A DNA stretch of 64,000 nt from positions 192,001 to 256,000 of the forward strand of contig JASGJN010000020.1 in assembly GCA_049840735.1 (NCBI GenBank), written 5' to 3'. The notes under the pieces are model-generated. The model did no database searches and was not told the DNA's origin. It saw only the letters and a program-made list of their open reading frames with translations. The position numbers and the translations under genes are program-made. The DNA is from Anaeromyxobacter sp. Its GTDB lineage: Bacteria > Myxococcota > Myxococcia > Myxococcales > Anaeromyxobacteraceae. This document shows positions 8,381 through 19,228 of the stretch, in pieces (the first letter of the stretch is position 1; each line of letters begins with the position of its first letter).

Positions 8381-9433
8381 TCAGCCGAGCAGGTCCAGCA
8401 CCCGCCGCGCCGCCCGCTCCGCGCCGCCCAGCTCCGGCGGCGGCGGCACCGGCAGCTCCAGCGCCCGCCGGATGGGCTCGGCGATCCGCCCCGCCCGCAG
8501 CTCGGCGTTGGGCACGTGCACGCAGGCCAGCCAGCGCGGCATCTCCGCCACCATCACCGGGTACTCGGGGAAGTCGCCGCGCTCGGTGTAGACCACCCGC
8601 GCGCCGCAGGCGATGGCGTCGGTGACGATCCCGTAGCCGGGCTTGGTCACCACCACGTCGCTCGCTCCCACGGCGTCGATGTAGCGGAGCCCGGCCCGGG
8701 CCAGCCGTTCCTCCGTCAGGTCTTCGGGGAAGAGCCACTGCCAGGCGGCCTCGCGCGCCAGCACCGGGCGCGTCAGGGCCGGCACGCCGATGCCGCCGAA
8801 CGAGACCAGCACCACAGGTCGCCCGTCCAGCCCCAGCCGGCGGCGCGCCTCTGTTCGCGGCGCGCCGGGGCGGCGGGCCACGAAGCCCACCGGCTCGCGG
8901 CGCGGGAAGGCGGACAGCTCGCCGGCGAAGGGCAGCTCCAGCAGCAGCGCGGCGTGGGCGTAAGCCCGCGCGGCCCGCTCCGCGCTGGCGAGGAGCGTCG
9001 GCTGGCGGACCGCCAGGTGCCGGTAGATCCAGTCCCAGGAGAAGTTGCTGCAGCCCACGGCCGGCACGCCTGCCCGCGCGGCCGCCTCGAAGGGCAGCGC
9101 CGGGAGGTCGGCCAGCACCAGCCGCGCGTCCGACCGGCGCAGGAAGGCGGCCTCGCGCTCGACCACGGCCTCCCACCCGGCGTCGAACGCGGCGCAGCGC
9201 CGGGCGCTCTCCGCCTCGTCGATCTCCAGCGCGTCGCGCTGGACCAGCCCCACGTCGCAGGCCACCGGGCGCAGCGCCAGCGGGTCCGACACGTCGCGTC
9301 GGACCAGCCCCTCGGGGACGGTGCCGGTCAAGGTGATGGGAAGGTCCGGGGCGGCGGCGCGGACGGCCCTGAGGACCTCGCAGAGCCGTACCAGGTGGCC
9401 GTAGCCGTGGCCGGAGACGTAGGCGGCGAGCAT
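8381..9433 (-). CDS. GT-B fold glycosyltransferase-like protein (similar to arabinokinase N-terminal domain)
   Basis: SGHGYGH, NFSWDWIY, VTKPGYG and ERGDFPE motifs. Confidence 0.75.
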   Translation of the reverse strand: MLAAYVSGHGYGHLVRLCEVLRAVRAAAPDLPITLTGTVPEGLVRRDVSDPLALRPVACDVGLVQRDALEIDEAESARRCAAFDAGWEAVVEREAAFLRRSDARLVLADLPALPFEAAARAGVPAVGCSNFSWDWIYRHLAVRQPTLLASAERAARAYAHAALLLELPFAGELSAFPRREPVGFVARRPGAPRTEARRRLGLDGRPVVLVSFGGIGVPALTRPVLAREAAWQWLFPEDLTEERLARAGLRYIDAVGASDVVVTKPGYGIVTDAIACGARVVYTERGDFPEYPVMVAEMPRWLACVHVPNAELRAGRIAEPIRRALELPVPPPPELGGAERAARRVLDLLG

Positions 9434-9588
9434 GGCGCCGCGATTCTTCCATGGCTTGGGGCCGCGCGCCCGGGGAGAGCGCGTGCCGGTGGACCGGGCA
9501 GGCCGCTGCCCGATCCTGCACCCCGAGTGTCTTCACCCAGGGAGGAACCCATCAGGTCAGGGGTTGCACACCCTTGATGTGACTCGAC

Positions 9589-9618
9589 TTGAAGCCGGGT
9601 GCGGCCATTCTCTACGCT
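9589..9618 (+). promoter_or_regulatory. Possible sigma70-type promoter for the M43 protease
   Basis: TTGAAG-N18-TACGCT in a lower-GC intergenic region. Confidence 0.3.
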
Positions 9619-9676
9619 TCGCACGCTTCATGCTTCACACCTACCCGGCACTACTCTCTCCCTGGAGATCAACCGG

Positions 9677-10597
9677 ATGACCCACCGTCGCCTGCTGAGC
9701 CTGGCCGCAGCCTCCCTCACCCTCGCCGCCTGCGATGCCGCGCGCATCGACCAGAACGTCGCCAACGCCGACCGCCCCGCCACCGATCAGCTGGTCCGCA
9801 GCTGCGGCACCGAGAACCCGTCCGCCGAGGAGCAGGCGCGCGTCGAGGCCGAGGTCGCGGCCGCGCTCCAGACCTCGAACCCGTTCATGGCGGCGGCCCG
9901 CGCCGCCGGCTCGGTGACCATCCCGGTCTACTTCCACGTCATCAACAAGGGCTCCGGCACCGCCAACGGCGACGTGACCAGCGCGCAGATCAACGATCAG
10001 ATTGCCGTGCTCAACAACGCCTACTCAGGCGCGACGGGCGGAGCGAACACGCCCTTCCGCTTCCAGCTGATCTCCGTGGACCGGACCACCAACGCCACCT
10101 GGTTCAGCTCCTGCGACGCGTCCTCGGTCGAGACGGCCATGAAGACCGCGCTCCGCAAGGGCACCTCGGGCGCGCTCAACCTCTACACCTGCAGCCCGGG
10201 CGGCGGCCTCCTCGGCTGGGCCACCTTCCCCTCCAGCTACACCTCGCAGCCCAAGATGGACGGCGTGGTCATGCTCTACTCCTCGCTGCCCGGCGGCTCG
10301 GCGGCCCCCTACAACCTGGGCGACACCGCCACCCACGAGGTCGGCCACTGGCTCGGCCTGTACCACACGTTCCAGGGCGGCTGCGCCCAGGGCGACCAGG
10401 TCTCCGACACCGCGGCGGAGAAGTCGGCGGCCTTCGGCTGCCCGACCGGCCGCAACACCTGCACCGGCTCGCGCTACCCGGGCAGCGACCCCATCACCAA
10501 CTTCATGGACTACACGGACGACAGCTGCATGTTCCTGTTCACGTCCGGTCAGTCCTCCCGAGCCGACGCCCAGACCGCGGCCTATCGCGCCTTCTAG
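9677..10597 (+). CDS. Zinc metalloprotease, peptidase M43 (ulilysin/pappalysin-like) lipoprotein
   Basis: GGAG RBS, lipobox LAAC, RSCGT cysteine switch, [13 protein letters not shown] and the NFMDY Met-turn. Confidence 0.93.
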   Translation: MTHRRLLSLAAASLTLAACDAARIDQNVANADRPATDQLVRSCGTENPSAEEQARVEAEVAAALQTSNPFMAAARAAGSVTIPVYFHVINKGSGTANGDVTSAQINDQIAVLNNAYSGATGGANTPFRFQLISVDRTTNATWFSSCDASSVETAMKTALRKGTSGALNLYTCSPGGGLLGWATFPSSYTSQPKMDGVVMLYSSLPGGSAAPYNLGDTATHEVGHWLGLYHTFQGGCAQGDQVSDTAAEKSAAFGCPTGRNTCTGSRYPGSDPITNFMDYTDDSCMFLFTSGQSSRADAQTAAYRAF

Positions 10598-10648
10598 GCC
10601 GACCCTGGGGCCGCGCCTGCAGGCCCGGCCACACGCTCACCACGATCG

Positions 10649-10685
10649 GAAGCGCCCTCTCCCGGCTGCGGGAGGGGGCGTTTCC
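10649..10685. terminator. Hairpin between convergent genes, probable intrinsic terminator
   Basis: GCGCCCTCTCCC-loop-GGGAGGGGGCGT followed by a short T run, between the M43 gene and msrA. Confidence 0.55.
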
Positions 10686-10695
10686 CCTTCTGCCC

Positions 10696-11340
<645 letters not shown>

Positions 11341-11380
11341 CCCCCCATTTAACGGGCCGGCGGCCCACCGGCAGCGCCGC

Positions 11381-11584
11381 CTACTCGAGCTTGAAGCCGA
11401 CCCGCAGCGTGACCTGGAACTCGCTCACGCGCCCGTCCTTGATGGCGCCCCGCTGCTCCGCCACCTCGAACCAGCTCAGGTGACGGACCGACTTGGAGGC
11501 CTCCTCGATGGCGGCGCGGGCCGCGTCGGCGAAGCTGGTGGGGGACGTGCCGACGATTCCGATCTTCTTGTACACCCCGGCCAT
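11381..11584 (-). CDS. Dodecin family flavin-binding protein
   Basis: 67 aa, [10 protein letters not shown]...WFEV...[12 protein letters not shown], with a GGAG RBS. Confidence 0.92.
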   Translation of the reverse strand: MAGVYKKIGIVGTSPTSFADAARAAIEEASKSVRHLSWFEVAEQRGAIKDGRVSEFQVTLRVGFKLE

Positions 11585-11728
11585 GCGACTCCTCCTGGGC
11601 GCGGCGCGCCCGTGCGGGACCGTTGACGGTGGGTGAGCATCACCGGCGCGGCGGCGGGTTGCTCGGCCCTCTTGGGGGCGGCGTCCCCTCGCGCCAGCGG
11701 CACCATCCCAGGATGGCGGCGGGAGCCC

Positions 11729-13711
11729 CTACACGCTCCCCAGGTACGTGTAGCCCTTCATCACCTGCTCGTAGAAGTCGCCCAGCGAGACGCCCTCCTT
11801 CGGCCGGATGGCGCCTTCCTTGATCTTCTGGTCGATGGCCGTCTTCACGCGGCGGAACAGGTCGGCGGGCTCGTACTGCACGCGCGAGAGCACCTTCTCG
11901 ATGGTGTCTCCGGGCACGACCTCCTCGATGTAGAAGTCCTCCGGGTCCTCGTCGTCCACGAAGACGTGGATTTCGTTCACCCGCCCGAACAGGTTGTGCA
12001 TGTCGCCCATGATGTCCTGGTAGGCGCCGGTCATGAACATGCCCAGGAAGTACGGCTCGCCAGGCCGGAGCGCGTGGAGCGAGAGCGTCTCGTCCACGCC
12101 GTCGTTCTCGATGAACCTGTCGATCTTCCCGTCCGAGTCGCAGGTGATGTCGACGATGGTGGCGTCGCGGGTGGGCGCCTCGCCCATGCGGTGCAGCGGG
12201 AGGATGGGAAAGAGCTGATCGAAGGCCCAGTGGTCCGGCGCGCTCTGGAAGAGCGAGAAGTTGGCCATGTACTGATCGGCGATCTTGTCGCCCAGGTCCT
12301 TGGTGTCGCGCGGGAGCCGCTTCTTGCCGCGGTTCAGCTCGGCGATGCCGCGGACCAGCATCCAGAACAGGCTCTCCACCACCGCGCGCTCCTCCAACCC
12401 GAGGATGCCGAGCTTGAACATCTGGAGCGCCTCCTCCTTCTTGGCGGCGGCGTCGTGGTAGGTCTCGGCCCGGTTGCGGGGCGTGAGGCCGGCGATGATT
12501 TCGCGCATCTCGCGGACCACCTTGGCCTCGTTCGGCTGCGGCACCGAGGCGGCGGCGATCTCCTCCGCCGAGCCGATCTCGATGTGGCCGAACACGTTCA
12601 TGATGATGCAGGAGTGGTGGGCCACCGCGGCGCGGCCCGACTCCGAGACGATGTGCGGCTCGGGGACGCCCTCGTTGGCGCAGATGCGCTGCACGTTGTA
12701 GACGACGTCGCCGGCGTACTCCTCCAGCGAGTAGTTGAGCGAGGAGCTGTACCCGCCGCCGCGCGTGCCGACGTAGTCCACGCCCAGGCCGCCGCCCACG
12801 TCGAAGTACTCGATGGGCAGCCCCAGCTTGCGCAGCTTGGCGTAGACGCGCGCCCCCTCGTTGACCGCGTCCTTGACCACGCGGATCTCGGTCAGCTGCG
12901 AGCCCACGTGGAAGTGGAGCAGCTTGGCGCAGTGCTCCTTGCCGGCCTCCTTGAGGATCCGGACGGCGTGGATCATCTCGGGGATGGTCAGGCCGAACTT
13001 GGCGAAGTCGCCGGAGGAGCCCTCCCACTTCCCGGTGCCGCGGGTGGTCAGCTTGGAGCGCAGGCCGATCATGGGCTCCACGCCCATCTCGTCCGAGAGC
13101 CGCAGGAGCTGCGGCAGCTCGGAGAGCTTCTCGATGACCACGATGACCTTGCGGCCGAGCTTGCGCCCGAGCAGCGCCAGGCGCAGGAACTCCTCGTCCT
13201 TGTAGCCGTTGCAGATGGTGAGCGCCTCGGGGTCGGCGTTCATGCCGAGCACGATCAGGAGCTCGCCCTTGGAGCCGGCCTCCAGGCCGTAGCGGTAGGG
13301 CGCGCCGGCGTCGAGGATCTCCTCGACCACCTCGCGCATCTGGTTCACCTTGGTCGGGAAGACGCCATAGTAGCGCGCGCCGTAGCTCTGCTCGGCGATG
13401 GCCTTCCCGAAGGCCTCGTTGATTTGCTTCACCCGGGCGCGCAGCACGTCCTGGAAGCGGACCAGGCAGGGGAAGCCGATCCGGCGCTCCTGGATGTCCT
13501 CCACCACGTCCATGATGTCGATGGTCGGACCGCCCGGCCCCATCGGATGGACGACCACGTGCCCCTTGTCGTTCACCGAGAAGAACCCGGCCCCCCAGCC
13601 GGCCACGTTGTAGTACTGCGCCGCGCGCTCGATGGACCAGTCCGACGCCGCGGTCACCGTCGTCGCGTCGCTCCGCCCTTCGGGAAGGCTCAGATCGCCA
13701 GGTGCTCTCAT
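11729..13711 (-). CDS. speA: Biosynthetic arginine decarboxylase
   Basis: FPTKVNQ, GLEAGSKGEL, CNGYKD, HFHVGSQ, DVGGGLGVDY, DITCDSDG and GAYQDIMGDMHNLFG. True start may be GTG at 13657. Confidence 0.95.
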   Translation of the reverse strand: MRAPGDLSLPEGRSDATTVTAASDWSIERAAQYYNVAGWGAGFFSVNDKGHVVVHPMGPGGPTIDIMDVVEDIQERRIGFPCLVRFQDVLRARVKQINEAFGKAIAEQSYGARYYGVFPTKVNQMREVVEEILDAGAPYRYGLEAGSKGELLIVLGMNADPEALTICNGYKDEEFLRLALLGRKLGRKVIVVIEKLSELPQLLRLSDEMGVEPMIGLRSKLTTRGTGKWEGSSGDFAKFGLTIPEMIHAVRILKEAGKEHCAKLLHFHVGSQLTEIRVVKDAVNEGARVYAKLRKLGLPIEYFDVGGGLGVDYVGTRGGGYSSSLNYSLEEYAGDVVYNVQRICANEGVPEPHIVSESGRAAVAHHSCIIMNVFGHIEIGSAEEIAAASVPQPNEAKVVREMREIIAGLTPRNRAETYHDAAAKKEEALQMFKLGILGLEERAVVESLFWMLVRGIAELNRGKKRLPRDTKDLGDKIADQYMANFSLFQSAPDHWAFDQLFPILPLHRMGEAPTRDATIVDITCDSDGKIDRFIENDGVDETLSLHALRPGEPYFLGMFMTGAYQDIMGDMHNLFGRVNEIHVFVDDEDPEDFYIEEVVPGDTIEKVLSRVQYEPADLFRRVKTAIDQKIKEGAIRPKEGVSLGDFYEQVMKGYTYLGSV

Positions 13712-13803
13712 GTCGAACGCTGATCTACGACACCACGGCCGCGATTTGAAGGGTGCGGCGAGTCGACTTTGGCCTGGCGCGGCGTTAAGGAACGGCTCCG
13801 CCC

Positions 13804-15668
13804 GTGTCGCCCCCTCGCCCCCACTCCCGCCCGGCGCCCGCCGCGACCTTCCGGGAGCGGCTCGCGGGCGCCCGGGTGGTGTTCCGGCAGCTGCCCGGGA
13901 CCCTGCGGCTGGTGTGGGAGGCCGACCGCGCAGGTGCCCTGGCCGTGATCGGCTTCACGCTGGTCCTGGCGCTCCTGCCGGCCGGGATCGCCTGGGTGGG
14001 CAAGCTGATCGTGGACGGCGTGGTGGCGGCGGCCCGCAGCGGCGCCGGCGCCGATCGCGACCGGGTCCTGTGGCTGGTGGCGCTGGAGGCCGGGCTGATG
14101 GCGGCCCAGACCGGGGCCGGGCGCCTGCTCGGCCTGCGGCGGGAGCTGCTCCGGGGCGCCCTGGGCAACCTGGTCAACGAGCGGATCCTGGAGAAGGCGC
14201 TGGCGCTGGAGCTGCGCCACTTCGAGGACAGCGACACCTACGACAAGATGCAGAACGCGCGGCGGGAGGCCTCCTCCGCCCCCTGGCGCTGGCGCTGGAG
14301 GCGCTGGCCATCCTGCAGAACCTGGTCACGCTGGCGGCCCTCTCCGGCCTGCTGCTCCGCCTCTCGCCCGCCAGCGTCCTGGTCATCGTGGTGGCCTCCA
14401 TCCCCGCCTTCCTGGCGGAGGCCCGGCTGACGGGAGAGTCCTTCCGCGTCCTGACCTGGCGGGCCCCCGAGGGGCGCAGGCTCAACTACCTCGAGTGGAT
14501 CCTGACGCGGGACTCCCACGTCAAGGAGGTGAAGCTCTACGGGCTGGGCGGGCTCATCCTGGGCCGGTACCGGAAGCTCTTCACCCGCTTCTTCGAGGAG
14601 GACCGGCAGCTGGCCCTGCGGCGCCTGCGCGCGGGGCTGGGCTTCGGGCTGGCCTCGCTGGCCGCGTTCTACGGGATGTACGCGCTCATGGCCTCGCGGG
14701 CGGCCCAGGGCGCCATCAGCCTGGGGGACCTGGCGCTCTACATCGCCGTCTTCAGGCAGGGCCAGGGCGCGTTCCAGGCGGTGCTGACGGCGATCGGGAA
14801 CCTCTACGAGGCGTCCCTCTTCATGTCCAACCTCTTCGCCTACCTCGACCTGCCTACCGGCGGCGAACGGCCGCGGGTCCACCCGCCCCTCTCCCCGCCG
14901 CGCGGCCGTCCGCTGGCCATCGAGCTGCGCGGCGTCTCCTTCCGCTACCCCGGGCGCCAGGACTGGGCGCTGCGCGACGTGAACCTGACGCTCGCGCCGG
15001 GCGAGAAGCTGGGGCTGGTGGGCGAGAACGGCGCCGGCAAGTCCACGCTGGTGAAGCTGCTGCTGCGGCTCTACGACCCCACCGAGGGCGAGATCCGCTA
15101 CGGCGGCGTGGACCTGCGCGACATGGACCCGGAGGACCTGCGCCGGCGCATCGGCGCCGTGTTCCAGGACTTCGTGCGCTACCAGTTCTCGGCGGCCGAG
15201 AACATCGGCCTGGGCGATCCGGCGCGGGTGGAGGACCGGCCGCGCATCGAGGAGGCCGCCCGCCGCGGCGGCGCGGCCCCGGTGGTCGAGTCGCTCCCCT
15301 CCGGCTACGAGACCATCCTGGGCGGCTGGTTCGAGGCCGGCCACGAGATCTCCGCCGGGCAGTGGCAGAAGCTGGCCGTGGCGCGCGCCTTCATGCGCGA
15401 CGACGCCGAGGTGCTGATCCTGGACGAGCCCACCGCCGCCATCGACGCGGAGGGCGAGCACGAGCTGTTCCAGCGCTTCCAGGCGCTGGCCGCCGAGCGG
15501 AGCGCCATCGTCATCTCGCACCGCTTCTCCACCGTGCGGCTGGCGGACCGGATCGCGGTGCTGCACGGCGGGCGGCTGGAGGAGCTGGGGTCCCACCGCG
15601 AGCTGGTGGCCCAGGGCGGCCGCTACGCCCATCTCTTCAAGCTGCAGGCGCAGGGCTACCTGGACTGA
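13804..15668 (+). CDS. ABC transporter fused permease/ATP-binding protein (apparent frameshift near 14278)
   Basis: N-terminal TM part in one frame and the rest in another. GENGAGKST, ISAGQWQK, LILDEPT and ISHR. Confidence 0.88.
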
Positions 15669-15676
15669 GAGGACTC

Positions 15677-16258
15677 ATGCGCGGCCTCGAGCAGATCCCC
15701 TGGCTCTACGACCTCGGCCTGGCCATCTCCGAGCGCGGCCCCTTCGGCCGCTGGCGCGCCTGGCTGGGCGCCGGCGCCGCCGGGCGGACGCTGGACCTGG
15801 GCACCGGCACCGGCCGGAACCTGCCCCATCTGCCGCAGGACCTGCGCGCCGTGGCGCTCGATCCCGACCCGCGCAACCTGGTCCGCGCGCGCCGCCGCGG
15901 GCCGGCCACGCCGCTGGTGCGCGCCCGCGCCGAGGCCCTGCCCTTCCGCGACGCGGCCTTCGACACGGTCACCTGCGGGCTGGTGCTGTGCAGCGTGGAC
16001 GACCCCGCCGCCGCACTCCAGGAGGTGCGGCGGGTGCTGCGTCCCGGCGGCACGCTCCGGCTGATCGAGCACGTGCGTGCCCGGGGAGCGGGCGGCGCGC
16101 TCCAGGATCTCCTGCAGCCTGCCTGGACCTGGGTGACCGGCGGTTGCCGGCCCAATCGGCACACCGAGGCGGCCGTGGAGGCCGCCGGGTTCGCGGCGGT
16201 GCCCGGCACGCGCCGGGCGCGCGGGGTGCTGCGCCGCTGGGTCGCTTCGCGCTCCTAG
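15677..16258 (+). CDS. Class I SAM-dependent methyltransferase
   Basis: GAGG RBS then MRGLEQ. LDLGTGTG, AEALPF..FDTV and RVLRPGG motifs. Confidence 0.88.
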   Translation: MRGLEQIPWLYDLGLAISERGPFGRWRAWLGAGAAGRTLDLGTGTGRNLPHLPQDLRAVALDPDPRNLVRARRRGPATPLVRARAEALPFRDAAFDTVTCGLVLCSVDDPAAALQEVRRVLRPGGTLRLIEHVRARGAGGALQDLLQPAWTWVTGGCRPNRHTEAAVEAAGFAAVPGTRRARGVLRRWVASRS

Positions 16259-16500
16259 TTCACCGACGCCGGCCCGCGCACCACGCCGGCCTCCAGCAGC
16301 GCCTCGGCGAACCACTCGGCCAGCGCGCCCTCGCCGTACAGCTCCTCGAGCCGGAACAGGAGCGCCATCTCCTCCCGCGAGAGGCGGCTGGCCATCCAGC
16401 GGTCCAGCGCAGCGCGCCCCGGCGCCGGCGCAGCGGCGGGCTCCTGGCGCATGGCCACCACCAGCTTGCGTCGGACGGGCTCCAGCGTGCGGTCGAGCAT
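16255..16500 (-). CDS. Small hypothetical protein (81 aa)
   Basis: Strong GGAGG RBS and coding-like composition. No recognised motif. Confidence 0.6.
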   Translation of the reverse strand: MLDRTLEPVRRKLVVAMRQEPAAAPAPGRAALDRWMASRLSREEMALLFRLEELYGEGALAEWFAEALLEAGVVRGPASVN

Positions 16501-16670
16501 GTGGTCCTCCGTTCACCCTGGGAGCTAGCAAGCGACGGGCCACCCCTCACCCGTGTGACAGTGGGCACCTGCGCCCAGGGTTGCCGCACCCGGGCCACGC
16601 GGACCCAGGGCAAGCGGCGCCGGGTGTTCTGGCTGTCCTCCCGCGGCCGGGGCGGATAAGTTCCATCCAG

Positions 16671-17993
16671 GTGACAGGCCCCACCCGTCTCCACACCTCC
16701 CCACGCCACCTGGCCGCGGCCCTCCTGCTCCTGTGCTGCGCGCGGGCGGCGGCGAACCCCGTGGCCCCAGCCGTCCCACCGGGCGCTCCGGAAGCGCCCG
16801 CCACGCCGGCAGCCGCCGCCATGGGCCCCCGCTCGCCGAAGGCCTCGCCGCCTGCCGCGGAGGTGCCCCCCCTGCCCCCGCCCGACGAGCAGCCGGTCCC
16901 CTACGAACCGGGGCGCGACGCCGCCGCCCCGGGCGACGCGACCGGCACGCCGGCGGTGGTGCAGCTGCCCGAGAACCCGCAGCCGGCCGCGCCGCCCGGC
17001 CCGCTCCCGCCGCTCGAGCCCTACCCCGAGGAGACGCCCGGCCCGGACGCGGCCATGGCCGGCAGGCCGCCGGCGGAGCCGCTCCCGCCGGATCCGCGCG
17101 AGAAGCCCGACGGCTGGCTGGACGCCAGCCACGCCGCCGTGGAGCGGCTCCTCTTCAAGCCGGTGATCGAGTTCGACCGCTTCTTCTCCGACGAGCGGGA
17201 GCTGGACGCCGAGCGGGCCCGCTCCTTCCTCCGCGTCCGGTCGGAGATCGAGGTGACCCAGCACGGACCGCCGCGCGTCGGCGCCAGCCTGCGCGCCAGC
17301 CTGCGCTTCCCGGGGATGGGCGAGTGGATGGAGCGGTTCCGCCTGGTGGTCAACGGCGACACCGAGGACACCAGCGCCGCGCTCTTCCCGGAGGACGCGA
17401 CCGCGGTGCGCAGCCGCGACGCGCGCCGGGCCAACGCCGAGCTGCGGCTGGGGGCCTGGCGCGACCTCCTCTCCAGCATCGACCTGGGCACCGGCGTGCT
17501 GCTCACCGTCCCGCCCGGCGTCTTCGTGCGGGCCCGCTACCGGGCCACGCTCCCCGTCACCGAGCTGTTCCTGACCAAGTTCGGCACCAGCGTCTACTGG
17601 CAGAGCGACACCGGCCCCGGCACGCGCATGGACCTCGACCTGGAGCGCACCTTCGGCGAGAGCACGCTGCTGCGCCTGGCCGGCAGCGGCGACGTGAACC
17701 AGCGCGCCACCCGCGGCGTGGAGTTCGGCTCGGAGCTGGCCCTGCTGCACGCGCTGGGGCCGCGCCGCGCCGTGCAGGTGGCCGGGGCGCTGGAGGGCGC
17801 CAGCGACTCGCCGGCGCCCATCGACAGGTACCGCGCCTACGTCCGCTACCGGCAGGACCTCTTCCGCCGCTGGTTCTTCGTGGAGCTGGAGCCGGAGGTG
17901 TTCTGGCCCTGGGCGCCGATCCAGGCCTACCACACCACGTACGGCGCCACCTTCCGGCTGGAGGTGCAGTTCCAGGGCGTGGAGCCGGACTGA
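16671..17993 (+). CDS. Exported protein with Pro-rich N-terminus and probable outer-membrane beta-barrel domain
   Basis: Signal-peptide-like HLAAALLLLCCARAAA, a Pro/Ala linker, then amphipathic strands ending FRLEVQF. Start approximate. Confidence 0.65.
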   Translation: MTGPTRLHTSPRHLAAALLLLCCARAAANPVAPAVPPGAPEAPATPAAAAMGPRSPKASPPAAEVPPLPPPDEQPVPYEPGRDAAAPGDATGTPAVVQLPENPQPAAPPGPLPPLEPYPEETPGPDAAMAGRPPAEPLPPDPREKPDGWLDASHAAVERLLFKPVIEFDRFFSDERELDAERARSFLRVRSEIEVTQHGPPRVGASLRASLRFPGMGEWMERFRLVVNGDTEDTSAALFPEDATAVRSRDARRANAELRLGAWRDLLSSIDLGTGVLLTVPPGVFVRARYRATLPVTELFLTKFGTSVYWQSDTGPGTRMDLDLERTFGESTLLRLAGSGDVNQRATRGVEFGSELALLHALGPRRAVQVAGALEGASDSPAPIDRYRAYVRYRQDLFRRWFFVELEPEVFWPWAPIQAYHTTYGATFRLEVQFQGVEPD

Positions 17994-18105
17994 GGACGCC
18001 TCACTCGCCTGGCCGATCGCTGCGCGCGCGCTGAGCCTTTGGGCCTACATTCCTTCCGCCCTGCCCGGTCCTGGCGTACGCTCCTCGTCCCACCGGGAGG
18101 CGGAC

Positions 18106-19197
18106 ATGGACAGGCTCAGGATCGCGATCAACACGGGCGGCGGCGACGCCCCCGGCCTCAACGCGGTGATCCACGCGGTGACGATGGCGGCCCACCAGCG
18201 CGGCTGGGAAGTCCACGGCATCCTCTCCGGCTACGAGGGGCTGCTCGACACCTCCAAGATCACCCAGCTCACGCCCGAGCGCGTGCAGGGCATCGTGGCG
18301 CACGGCGGCACCATCCTGGGCACCAAGAACCGCGGCGACCCCTTCCGCTACCCGGTACCCAACGTGACCGGCGGCACCGACCTGGTCGACGTCTCCGACC
18401 GCGTGGTGGAGAACTTCCGGCGGCTGCGCTTCGACGTGCTGGTGGCGGTGGGCGGCGACGGCAGCCTCACGCTGGCGCACCAGCTCTCGCAGAAGGGCGT
18501 GCCGGTGGTGGGCGTGCCCAAGACCATCGACAACGACCTGGCCCTGACCCTCACCACCTTCGGCTTCGACACCGCGGTCTCCACCGCCACCGAGGCCATC
18601 GACAAGCTCCACACCACCGCCGCCGCCCACGAGCGCGTGCTGGTGGTCGAGGTGATGGGGCGCTACGCCGGCTGGATCGCCCTCCACAGCGGCGCGTCCG
18701 GCTCGGCCGACGTGATCCTCATGCCGGAGATCCCCTTCGACATGGACAAGGTCTGCGCCCGGCTCACCGAGAACGAGCGCCACGGCAAGCGATACGGCAT
18801 CGTGGTGGTGGCCGAGGGCGCCAAGCCCATCGGCGGCGCCATGGTGACCAGGCAGCTGGACGACAAGAGCCGCCCCGAGGTGCTCCTCGGCGGCATCGCC
18901 GAGCAGGTGGCGCGCGAGATCGCCAAGCGCACCGGCAAGGAGACCCGCTCCATGGTGCTGGGCCACCTGCAGCGCGGCGGCTCGCCCACCACCTTCGACC
19001 GGCTGCTGGCGCTCCGCTTCGGCGCGGCCGCGGTCCGGTTCATCGCTGAGGGGAAGCGCGACGTCATGGTGGCGCTGCAGCCGCCGGAGATGGTCGCGGT
19101 GCCGCTGGCCGAGGTGGCCAAGAAGACCAAGCAGGTGGACCTCACCGGCGAGACCATGCTGACCTGCCGCGACCTGGGCATCGGCTTCGGCGACTGA
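18106..19197 (+). CDS. pfkA: 6-phosphofructokinase (group III type)
   Basis: GGGDAPG, GGTILGT, GGDGS, PKTIDND, EVMGR and LGHLQRGG. Confidence 0.95.
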   Translation: MDRLRIAINTGGGDAPGLNAVIHAVTMAAHQRGWEVHGILSGYEGLLDTSKITQLTPERVQGIVAHGGTILGTKNRGDPFRYPVPNVTGGTDLVDVSDRVVENFRRLRFDVLVAVGGDGSLTLAHQLSQKGVPVVGVPKTIDNDLALTLTTFGFDTAVSTATEAIDKLHTTAAAHERVLVVEVMGRYAGWIALHSGASGSADVILMPEIPFDMDKVCARLTENERHGKRYGIVVVAEGAKPIGGAMVTRQLDDKSRPEVLLGGIAEQVAREIAKRTGKETRSMVLGHLQRGGSPTTFDRLLALRFGAAAVRFIAEGKRDVMVALQPPEMVAVPLAEVAKKTKQVDLTGETMLTCRDLGIGFGD

Positions 19198-19228
19198 TAG
19201 GCCCTTCAGCTGCGGTCGTCCTGCCCCT